A stretch of DNA of 64,000 bases. Origin: Desulfuromonadales bacterium (lineage in GTDB: Bacteria; Desulfobacterota; Desulfuromonadia; Geobacterales; Pseudopelobacteraceae). Position 1 is the first letter of the stretch. Every line of letters starts with the position of its first letter. The stretch spans positions 94,726 through 158,725 of the forward strand of contig DUZS01000004.1 of NCBI GenBank assembly GCA_013349405.1. Reading direction: 5' to 3'. Below, in pieces: positions 10,607 to 17,659 of this stretch. The notes beneath the pieces are model-generated. The model worked only from the letters and a program-made list of their open reading frames with translations, did not search any database and was not told the origin of the DNA. The position numbers and the translations under genes are program-made.

Positions 10607-10623
10607 CGCAACTTGTGTGCCAG
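10607..10623 (-). promoter_or_regulatory. sigma-54 -24/-12 promoter candidate (csbD-BON-yihY-ndvB)
   Basis: Minus strand reads CTGGCAC-ACAAG-TTGCG, about 75 nt upstream of the csbD ATG. Confidence 0.75.
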
Positions 10624-10648
10624 AGGGGAAAATAAGGTACTGCCTGTG

Positions 10649-10665
10649 CAAGAGTCTGATTTTAA
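10649..10665 (-). promoter_or_regulatory. IHF-like site (AATCAG-N4-TTG on the minus strand)
   Basis: The 17-mer CAAGAGTCTGATTTTAA is identical to 61316-61332. Both start 26 nt beyond the -24 box of a minus-strand sigma-54 promoter. It fits WATCAR-N4-TTR. Confidence 0.45.
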
Positions 10666-10717
10666 AGTGAAAATATGGACAGTTTAAGGTGTGGGGGTAT
10701 ATGAACCGTCGAAGAAA

Positions 10718-10752
10718 TCTGCCATGTTTAGCATAACTGTTACATATGGTGG
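10718..10752. promoter_or_regulatory. shared upstream box (candidate enhancer/UAS)
   Basis: CTGCCATGTTTAGCATAACTGTTACATATGGTGG resembles 25008-25041 and 16324-16357. It lies midway between divergent sigma-54 promoters. Confidence 0.4.
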
Positions 10753-10849
10753 CCCATTCAACAGTTACGACTGCCGTCAGTTATGCCGGGTTTCTCATAA
10801 CACCCGTACAAACAGACTCTTACAGCTAATCAGAGCGCGGTGAGTGCTC

Positions 10850-10864
10850 TGGCACTCTCGTTGC
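10850..10864 (+). promoter_or_regulatory. sigma-54 -24/-12 promoter candidate (AI-2E transporter-pssA)
   Basis: TGGCAC-TCTCG-TTGCT, with a core identical to 61517-61532. It lies inside the track ORF 10844-12151, so the true start is downstream. Confidence 0.75.
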
Positions 10865-10909
10865 TTGGTGTTTTCCGCTGCACATTCAGGATCTCAACTG
10901 GTGCCAAAC

Positions 10910-12151
10910 ATGATGACTCAAGAATTAATAACCGGACTCCTCACAAATGGAAGCAGACGTCGCGTGATCCGCATTGAGCCATCACCGGGTACCATCATCG
11001 CACTACTGCTGCTCATTGCCGGAATATGGGCAATAACCCAACTGCTGGTGGTGGTTCTGGTGCTTGTGGCAGCGCTCACAATAGTCGGCGCCGTAAACCC
11101 TGCGGTTCGATGGTTTGAAGAGCGGGGTATGCGCCGCGGGATGGGTATTGCACTCGTATTCGCCACGCTCTCGGTAATTGCAGCACTCATTATTACACTG
11201 ACGATTCCATCGCTCATTGAGCAGATAAGCGACCTTTTGGACAAGGAACCGGCCTTGCGTGCAGGCTTGTCAAAATGGTTGAAGGAGTCACACCTGACCA
11301 GCCCCCTGGCGGATCTTCTGCGTAAAGTTCATTCAGGAGACCTTGTCAGAATGGCGGCAGCAAATGCTTTCGCGCTCTCTACGCGCCTCCTCGAGATTTT
11401 CGCGTACAGCCTGAGTTCTCTCTTTCTTGCCCTGTACATCATGATCGACCGGGACCGGCTTCGTGGAGGGCTCTTTCTGGTAGTACCGCGCTCCCACCAT
11501 ATCCGGCTTTCCCGGATCATGTTGAACCTTGAAACGATTGTTGGCGGGTACGTGCGCGGACAGTTAATCACTTCCGGGCTTATGTCCGCTTTTGTCTTCA
11601 TTCTGCTGACTTCCTGCGGCGCGCCAAACGCACTGGCTATTGCAGTGTTTGCCGGTGTTGCCGATGTACTCCCCTACATCGGCCCGATCTTTTCAGTGGG
11701 AGCAGCAGTAGTGGCGGCGTTTTCATTAAGTCCGGCAATTATTATCATTGTTCTCGTACTGATGCTCGTTTATGAAGAGTTCGAAAGCCGGTTGATTATT
11801 CCCCGGATTTATGGCCGTGCATTGCGACTCCCGTCATCGGTTATCCTGTTGTCGTTATTGGTTGGCGCTGTTCTGATGGGCATCATCGGGGCACTCCTTG
11901 CCCTTCCGGTAGCGGCTGCGCTGCTGATGCTGATTGAGGAACTGCGTGTTGAGCTGCCGGGACAACAGGAACAGGCAGAAGATGTGGAGATCAGAAAGCG
12001 GGATGATCGGGGTGAAGAAGAGTATGAGCGCCGCGCTGAAGGCATGCCTGCCGAGCAGGCCGCCGCAATCGCCGTCGAAATATCTACCGATCGACATAAT
12101 CAGGAAAAGAGTCTACCGTTAAAAACGGTTGCTCCAGAAAGCGAAGAGTGA
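10910..12151 (+). CDS. AI-2E family transporter (PerM/UPF0118-like permease)
   Basis: Multi-TM protein with an acidic C-terminal tail. The ...LPYIGPIFS... region fits the family. Start set at ATG 10910, downstream of the promoter. Confidence 0.75.
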   Translation: MMTQELITGLLTNGSRRRVIRIEPSPGTIIALLLLIAGIWAITQLLVVVLVLVAALTIVGAVNPAVRWFEERGMRRGMGIALVFATLSVIAALIITLTIPSLIEQISDLLDKEPALRAGLSKWLKESHLTSPLADLLRKVHSGDLVRMAAANAFALSTRLLEIFAYSLSSLFLALYIMIDRDRLRGGLFLVVPRSHHIRLSRIMLNLETIVGGYVRGQLITSGLMSAFVFILLTSCGAPNALAIAVFAGVADVLPYIGPIFSVGAAVVAAFSLSPAIIIIVLVLMLVYEEFESRLIIPRIYGRALRLPSSVILLSLLVGAVLMGIIGALLALPVAAALLMLIEELRVELPGQQEQAEDVEIRKRDDRGEEEYERRAEGMPAEQAAAIAVEISTDRHNQEKSLPLKTVAPESEE

Positions 12152-12158
12152 CACCCTT

Positions 12159-12821
12159 ATGCAAAAATTCACAAGGATGGAGATGAGAACTGATATGAAA
12201 AAACACCAACAGCACAAACCGTTCGCAATGATTCGCGAATTTCAGCTCGCCGACTGGTTCACCCTGGCAAACGCCGTCTGCGGAACGGGAGCACTGTTTT
12301 CCATGCTGTCGTACCTGCAGAATACTGACGTCAGACATGTCTATTTTGCCGGCGGACTGGTAGTGACTGCCTTGGTCTTTGATGTTCTGGACGGACGAAT
12401 TGCCCGGTGGCGTCAGAAAAATTCTATTTTGGGGCGTGAGCTCGATTCTCTTGCCGATGTCATCTCATTTGGTGTCGCACCTGCGGTAATTGCCTACGGA
12501 TGCGGGATGCAGGGGTTGTATGACCGTATAGTCCTGACCTGTTTTGTCGCCTGCGGTGTGTCGCGGCTCGCGCGGTATAATGTTACGGCGGATGAACTGT
12601 CTGAAGGCGGCAGTAAGGTGAAATATTTTGAAGGGACACCGATTCCGACATCAGTGCTGCTGGTATTACTGCTCTGTATTGCTGCATCTCAAGGAGCGCT
12701 GCGCGAATCACTCTGGTTCGGGCATATATTGTTCGCAGGGTTCACTCTTCATCCACTTGTGCTGCTGTATGCGCTTTCCGGTTCTCTGATGATCAGCCGT
12801 ATCAGATTCCCAAAGTTCTAA
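12159..12821 (+). CDS. pssA: CDP-diacylglycerol--serine O-phosphatidyltransferase (CDP-alcohol phosphatidyltransferase family)
   Basis: The D-G-x2-A-R-x8-G-x3-D-x3-D motif is read as DGRIARWRQKNSILGRELDSLADVISF. First ATG after the upstream stop. Confidence 0.8.
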   Translation: MQKFTRMEMRTDMKKHQQHKPFAMIREFQLADWFTLANAVCGTGALFSMLSYLQNTDVRHVYFAGGLVVTALVFDVLDGRIARWRQKNSILGRELDSLADVISFGVAPAVIAYGCGMQGLYDRIVLTCFVACGVSRLARYNVTADELSEGGSKVKYFEGTPIPTSVLLVLLLCIAASQGALRESLWFGHILFAGFTLHPLVLLYALSGSLMISRIRFPKF

Positions 12822-12832
12822 ATTGTTTATTG

Positions 12833-12876
12833 CTGCATAAACGGGCTGATGAATATTCATCAGCCCGTTTATGCAG
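12833..12876. terminator. perfect 44-nt palindrome between convergent genes (bidirectional terminator candidate)
   Basis: CTGCATAAACGGGCTGATGAAT|ATTCATCAGCCCGTTTATGCAG. The second half is the exact reverse complement of the first. Confidence 0.6.
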
Positions 12877-12921
12877 CCCTTGTTCAAATTATACTGTTAC
12901 GCTTGTTACGGTGAATCATTT

Positions 12922-13782
12922 TTATTTTTTGTCATGTTCCTTGTCTTTGTCATGTTCTTTATCGCTGTCATGGTCTTTATCGTGGTTGTGCTCTTTGTCA
13001 TGATCGTGGTCGCGGCCGCAATTATTATGGTCTACCGGAGGATCTACCGGCGGCAGTACCGGTCCGGAACCACTGCAGGCTGATACTGCAACACCGGTCA
13101 ACGTCGAGCCGGCTTTTGCCAGATCGCGGCCCATCAGGCTACCTCCGGTGAATGTGCTGGCAGCTCCTGACAGAAGGGTTCCCTGAAAGTTGGAAGTTGT
13201 CATTGTTGCAGCCTCGGCAGCCCACCAATATACGTTGCAGGGATTTCCGCCACCGGACATGACCACCGAGAAGTTTGTTCCGGTCAAAGCACCGGTTCCG
13301 AGTGTTCCGACCTTGAAAATCCATTCCCCGTTTGCAGGTCCGTCAAGCGTTAACTGGCCGGTGAGAGTCGCTGCAGCATCAAAACAATACACGTTCGGCG
13401 CCAGCACCTGGTTGGTGAGATCACCGGACAAGGTTACATTACAGGGCACTTGTGCAAACAGATCGTAGCCGACGAGAAAATCACTGTATGCAGCAATAGC
13501 ACTTGCATCTGCCTGGTGAATCGTCCCGGTAACAGGACTGGTTGTTTGTGTGACGGTGCTGAATGGTAGTCCGGAGCCAACATCACCAGTAACGGTTGAA
13601 TCGGTGAGGGTCACAGCCGTTCCGCCAAGAACGGCAAATGATGCGGAAGTTCCCAATGCCGGTGCGGCTTCAGCGATTCCCGTGTGGAACGGTGCGGCGG
13701 TAAGAAACAGTGACGAAAATGCCAATGCGCCGAGTTTTACTGAGAGTTTACGGAAAATATCCACCTTGATCTGTTTTTTCAT
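12922..13782 (-). CDS. secreted DUF3494 (ice-binding-like beta-helix) protein with a His/Asp/Lys-rich C-terminal tail
   Basis: Signal peptide, then LGTSASFAVLGGTAVTLTDSTVTGDVG ... NVYWWAAEAATMTTSNFQGTLLSG. Tail reads DHDHDKEHNHDKDHDSDKEHDKDKEHDKK. GGAGA sits upstream of ATG 13782. Confidence 0.8.
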   Translation of the reverse strand: MKKQIKVDIFRKLSVKLGALAFSSLFLTAAPFHTGIAEAAPALGTSASFAVLGGTAVTLTDSTVTGDVGSGLPFSTVTQTTSPVTGTIHQADASAIAAYSDFLVGYDLFAQVPCNVTLSGDLTNQVLAPNVYCFDAAATLTGQLTLDGPANGEWIFKVGTLGTGALTGTNFSVVMSGGGNPCNVYWWAAEAATMTTSNFQGTLLSGAASTFTGGSLMGRDLAKAGSTLTGVAVSACSGSGPVLPPVDPPVDHNNCGRDHDHDKEHNHDKDHDSDKEHDKDKEHDKK

Positions 13783-13912
13783 TGTTGTTGTCTCCATTAA
13801 ATTTGGTAATAAATCACTGAACATCCTATCTCCCTTTTTCCTGTCATTTTCTCACACTTCTCCTATGTCACAGTTTGATGAAAGTCCTATGATTGGCCGA
13901 CCTGCCGGGCTC

Positions 13913-14119
13913 TCAATGCTCCCATCTATTAGTGCTGATACTATTATTGCTTCCCGGTTTTGGTATGAAATTTTTCACTGCACGCCTGTCAGGTGAATGC
14001 CCTTTCTGATACTCAGTCGTCGGATCATTTCCTTTGTAATAACCTGTGCCCGGGTCCTTCTCCTTGTGCTGATCTGTCCCTGATTCGTTTTTGTTGAGAT
14101 GCTTTGTACTTTTGTCCAT
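13913..14119 (-). CDS. small hydrophilic protein (68 aa), unknown function
   Basis: AAAGGAG lies 9 nt upstream of the ATG, about 50 nt downstream of the predicted sigma-54 transcription start. The sequence is Lys/Asp/Gly/Thr-rich with no TM segment. Confidence 0.4.
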   Translation of the reverse strand: MDKSTKHLNKNESGTDQHKEKDPGTGYYKGNDPTTEYQKGHSPDRRAVKNFIPKPGSNNSISTNRWEH

Positions 14120-14183
14120 GTGTCTGTACTCCTTTCAGGTTGAAGTGAGTTGCTCTGATTATTTTCGTTCTGGGTATGTATCA

Positions 14184-14200
14184 GGCAACTACCATGCCAG
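14184..14200 (-). promoter_or_regulatory. sigma-54 -24/-12 promoter candidate
   Basis: Minus strand reads CTGGCAT-GGTAG-TTGCC. Confidence 0.7.
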
Positions 14201-14445
14201 AGATCTTTCATCCGTTATGAATGTCGTAAGCTACTTATATTGCTTATTAAATATAATTCTAACGTGTCTGGTGACGGAAAAACCGTATCACGATCCCGTC
14301 ACGCAGAATAAAAACCGCTAAATATGGCAGTTAACCTGTAATGGTACGGATTCCAATGGTGGTTGAAATCGTGCAATGTCGCACTACATACTATTTTCCC
14401 TTTATATTCAATCTGTTGCGCATTTTTAAACTGCTTGATTATCTA

Positions 14446-14461
14446 TGGCACGGTAGTTGCG
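14446..14461 (+). promoter_or_regulatory. sigma-54 -24/-12 promoter candidate
   Basis: TGGCAC-GGTAG-TTGCG. It overlaps the track ORF start at 14457, so the real start is the SD-preceded ATG at 14532. Confidence 0.75.
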
Positions 14462-14531
14462 ATTATCTGCCCGGCTGCATATGCAGCAAAGGAAACCATC
14501 TGAGCAAGAAGAACAGTACATAGGAGAGCAG

Positions 14532-14918
14532 ATGACAATTGAGGAATTAAAAACGAACGTAATTGATTTTGCGTCACTGATAACAACTGCCGGTGCTGTA
14601 GCAGTGCTCTGCATAGCTTACATAGTATTTGTGCTTACCTGGAGTTATTCAAAAGGCGACAGAATAGGATATATCCAGAAATTTTCAGAAAAAGGTTGGC
14701 TGTGTAAAACCTGGGAAGGGGAGCTGCAGATGCTGCCTATAGCGGGTGCGCTGCCTGAAAAATTTCTCTTTACCGTGCGCGACAAAACGATAGTCACTAA
14801 AATCAATGCCGCCGTGGGGAAGAAAGTTGCGCTCTATTACACACAGCACAAAGGCGTCCCCACAACCTGTTTCGGCGAAACAGAATACTTTGTGGGGGAA
14901 GTCCGGATTCTGGATTAG
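14532..14918 (+). CDS. membrane-anchored protein, unknown function (128 aa)
   Basis: AGGAGAG lies upstream of ATG 14532. One N-terminal TM (LITTAGAVAVLCIAYIVFVL). No motif recognised. Confidence 0.6.
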   Translation: MTIEELKTNVIDFASLITTAGAVAVLCIAYIVFVLTWSYSKGDRIGYIQKFSEKGWLCKTWEGELQMLPIAGALPEKFLFTVRDKTIVTKINAAVGKKVALYYTQHKGVPTTCFGETEYFVGEVRILD

Positions 14919-14934
14919 CCGTTCCATTCGTATA

Positions 14935-14964
14935 AAAAAGGCCAGGGGTGGGGAACCCCTGGCG
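14935..14964 (-). terminator. intrinsic terminator of the PEP-CTERM DUF3494 gene
   Basis: Minus-strand RNA reads GCCAGGGG-UUCCCCA-CCCCUGGC followed by UUUUUU. The stem is related to the 35-nt repeated hairpin. Confidence 0.7.
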
Positions 14965-14971
14965 AGTAAAT

Positions 14972-15961
14972 CTACACGTTATTGCTGTTCTGACGCCTCT
15001 TCACGTATATTACCAAACCAAGAAGACCACTGCCTAAGAGCATCATTGTGCCCGGTTCCGGAACCGGAGCAGAGGTTCCGCCGTCACTTACACTTCCACC
15101 GCCACCGCCGCTGAGACCGTCGCTGCCGAAGTCTTTGCTGTCGAGATCGTTGCTGCTGAAGTCGGAACAGCCATTTCCGGTACCCTGAGCGCTGCTGTTG
15201 GAGATGCGATTGTCTGTCATTGTCACTGCACCGGTGAGGGCAACGGCTCTCCCGCAGAGAATTTGTGCCGTCGGATCGAGGCCGACACTAGCAAGAGCAA
15301 GAATATTGCCCTCAAAAGTAGAACCTGAACCGAGAGTTGCCGAACTACCTACCCGCCAGTACACACCGTTCGTCGAATTTCCGTTGATGACAGACACCCT
15401 TGAAGCGCTTGCGGTTGTCAGGGTACTCCCGATATTGAATACGAAGTCTGCATCGGAAACGTTCTGGAAATCGAGAACCAGATTTCCGTTCAACTGTGCC
15501 GAAGAATTAAAATTATAGACTCCGGCGGTAAGTGTCGAGTGACCCGCAGAGCCGAGGATAAAACCGGTGTAATCTGCTGTCATTGCCATGCCGGCAAGCA
15601 TGTTGTATGCAGTTCTTGCATCGGCCAGAGCTGTTTGTGCAACCCCGTCGTTTGTATGAATTGTGCCGCCGCTCACGGCTCCATCAGGATAAAAGCCGGT
15701 GATCGCACTCCCGGGAGTCACACCCAGATTCCCGAAAATTGTTGTGGTTGCGTTCGGCGCGCTGTGACCGTTGGTAACGGTAGCGGCACCTAAAGCCGCA
15801 AAACTCTGTGCCGAACCGAGTATCGGTGTGGCTTCTGCAATAGTCGGGGAAAAGGCTGTCAACAGCGGCACGACAGCGAAGAGTGACAGGAACGTACATT
15901 TTACTTTCGCTGCAGTGACATAAGTAAATATGCTGCATGGTTTTTTAGATTTTTTTTTCAT
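14972..15961 (-). CDS. DUF3494 (ice-binding-like) protein with a PEP-CTERM sorting signal
   Basis: LGSAQSFAALGAATVTN...GVYWRVGSSATLGSGSTFEGNILAL. The C-terminus is VPEPGTMMLLGSGLLGLVIYVKRRQ (PEP motif, TM, basic residues). GGAGA lies upstream of ATG 15961. Confidence 0.85.
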   Translation of the reverse strand: MKKKSKKPCSIFTYVTAAKVKCTFLSLFAVVPLLTAFSPTIAEATPILGSAQSFAALGAATVTNGHSAPNATTTIFGNLGVTPGSAITGFYPDGAVSGGTIHTNDGVAQTALADARTAYNMLAGMAMTADYTGFILGSAGHSTLTAGVYNFNSSAQLNGNLVLDFQNVSDADFVFNIGSTLTTASASRVSVINGNSTNGVYWRVGSSATLGSGSTFEGNILALASVGLDPTAQILCGRAVALTGAVTMTDNRISNSSAQGTGNGCSDFSSNDLDSKDFGSDGLSGGGGGSVSDGGTSAPVPEPGTMMLLGSGLLGLVIYVKRRQNSNNV

Positions 15962-16150
15962 TTTGATCTCCATTTTTTTGTGTGTCTGATTGAACGCTGA
16001 TTTTCCGGATCGGGCTGTGATCGTGTTCGCTGATGAAATATTTCAGTAGACAGAACTGAATACAAATACTCCTGACTTACAGGTTCTCCTTTCTGGGTGA
16101 ATGGATTTTGTTGCGATGTTGCATCTGGTGCGGTGCATTCCTGCAGAGGT

Positions 16151-16193
16151 AAAAAATCACCAGGGGCCCATGGGAGGGAAAGCAGCCCCTGGT
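16151..16193 (-). ncRNA. leader hairpin plus U-tract (repeat copy A): attenuator or short sigma-54-dependent RNA candidate
   Basis: Minus-strand RNA reads ACCAGGGGC-UGCUUUCCCUCCCAUGG-GCCCCUGGU followed by GAUUUUUU. It begins about 20 nt after the -12 box at 16213. Confidence 0.5.
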
Positions 16194-16212
16194 CTGCCGC
16201 TGATATATACTT

Positions 16213-16229
16213 ATCAACAAGCGTGCCAG
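16213..16229 (-). promoter_or_regulatory. sigma-54 -24/-12 promoter candidate (PEP-CTERM DUF3494 gene)
   Basis: Minus strand reads CTGGCAC-GCTTG-TTGAT (the -12 box is GA rather than GC). 24/25 identical to 24895-24911 and its flank. Confidence 0.6.
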
Positions 16230-16323
16230 AGACTGCTGGAACCGGTAGTAAGTGTAACTATCAGAATTTACGAGATAAAATATAATGGCATGAAATTCAT
16301 GGAAGAATAATCATTTTTAATAT

Positions 16324-16357
16324 CTGTCACATATGATTTTTCTGTTACATGCGGCGG
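16324..16357. promoter_or_regulatory. shared upstream box (candidate enhancer/UAS)
   Basis: CTGTCACATATGATTTTTCTGTTACATGCGGCGG lies about 100 bp from the minus promoter and about 100-130 bp from the plus promoter. Confidence 0.4.
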
Positions 16358-16453
16358 CTGTCGCTGGCAGAATTTTCTCCATCCAGCCCGACTATCAGCT
16401 ACTTTCCCCTGCAAATACAGCCAATTGAACACGTAGTATCTTCTGCACTTCAC

Positions 16454-16469
16454 TGGCACATTTGTTGCG
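16454..16469 (+). promoter_or_regulatory. sigma-54 -24/-12 promoter candidate (PAP2 operon)
   Basis: TGGCAC-ATTTG-TTGCG. Confidence 0.75.
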
Positions 16470-16511
16470 AATCCCCTTTCTGTTTTATATATGAATAAAG
16501 GAGATTTCACT

Positions 16512-17072
16512 TTGAGAAATTCTATAACAAAAATCCTGCGTGCGTATCTGGTTATCGTGGTGCTTTTATTGCCAGTGACGGCTGCTATGGCCGGAAATAG
16601 CCATGAGATTCTGGCGGCTGACATCCTGACAGGCGTTGTTCCTCTGACCGGCTTGGCCGTCGCCTATTTCAGTGACGATACAGAGGGCCAAAAACAGTGG
16701 TTGAGAAATACCGGAGTTAATCAGGTCCTCACATCAGCCCTTCGGCTCGGATTCAATGAAACAAGTCTGGGTGAACGACCGAACGGAAATAAATACGGGT
16801 TTCCCTCCGGGCATGTGGCTTTTGTAATGTCCGGCGCAGCCTTTCTGGGTGAGCGCTACGGCTGGAAATGGGGTGCTCCCGCGTATATGGCGACTGCATA
16901 CGTCGCGTATGTCCGCGTTGACCAGGACAAGCATCACTGGCGTGATGTCATTGCCGCCGGTGCATTGGGATATGGCGTGGCCCTGCTCACGGTCACGCCG
17001 GAACATGCGACCCACCTTGCTCCGGTTATCGGACCGGATTTCCTCGGTCTGCGCTGGCAGCGCTCCTTCTGA
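16512..17072 (+). CDS. PAP2-family phosphatase (lipid phosphate phosphatase type)
   Basis: PSGH and SRx5Hx3D-type motifs are read as FPSGHVAF and YVRVDQDKHHWRDVIAAG. The start is probably TTG 16512 (AAGGAG 8 nt upstream). ATG 16491 would lie about 10 nt from the predicted transcription start. Confidence 0.8.
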   Translation: MRNSITKILRAYLVIVVLLLPVTAAMAGNSHEILAADILTGVVPLTGLAVAYFSDDTEGQKQWLRNTGVNQVLTSALRLGFNETSLGERPNGNKYGFPSGHVAFVMSGAAFLGERYGWKWGAPAYMATAYVAYVRVDQDKHHWRDVIAAGALGYGVALLTVTPEHATHLAPVIGPDFLGLRWQRSF

Positions 17073-17128
17073 CCGGCCTGCTTACCCGGATTCCTGAAGA
17101 CACTATCATCCGTTTGGAAGGATGCTCC

Positions 17129-17623
17129 ATGGTTTCGTTTTCACCACGTTACCGTCGGCTGTTTCTCGCGACTTTCTCAGCGCTGCTGACAGCCCTTATC
17201 CTGTCATCGTGCGTAGGCGCCGGTCACAGACAGAGGAGCGGGCTTGTCCCTTTTACCAGCGACGGGTGTACGCTCTTTCCTGACGGCACGTTCAAAGATC
17301 GCGACAAATGGTGCGATTGTTGCCAAACCCATGACCTTGCGTACTGGCAGGGCGGAAGCGCAGCTGAACGCAACCAGGCTGATACGGACCTGCGTGACTG
17401 TGTGCTGAAGCGCACTGGCGACCGCTACCTGGCGGAGACCATGTACCTCGGTACGAGGGCGGGTGGGCACCCGGCTTTCCCCACCTGGTATCGATGGGGT
17501 TACGGCTGGCCCTATGGACGCGGCTATCAGTCGCTTTCAAATGGAGAAAAAGCCGATGTTCGAGAGTGGCTTGCACTGTATGCGCAACAGCATCCGGATG
17601 GATTTTGCGTTGAAAAAAAGTAA
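17129..17623 (+). CDS. lipoprotein with a secreted-phospholipase-A2-like CCxxHDxxY motif
   Basis: Lipobox LILSSC. DGCTLFPDG...WCDCCQTHDLAYWQGG carries the PLA2 catalytic-type motif CC-x2-HD-x2-Y. Confidence 0.55.
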   Translation: MVSFSPRYRRLFLATFSALLTALILSSCVGAGHRQRSGLVPFTSDGCTLFPDGTFKDRDKWCDCCQTHDLAYWQGGSAAERNQADTDLRDCVLKRTGDRYLAETMYLGTRAGGHPAFPTWYRWGYGWPYGRGYQSLSNGEKADVREWLALYAQQHPDGFCVEKK

Positions 17624-17659
17624 GTAAGCATAAAACGGTGTAACTAAAGGGAAGGTGCC

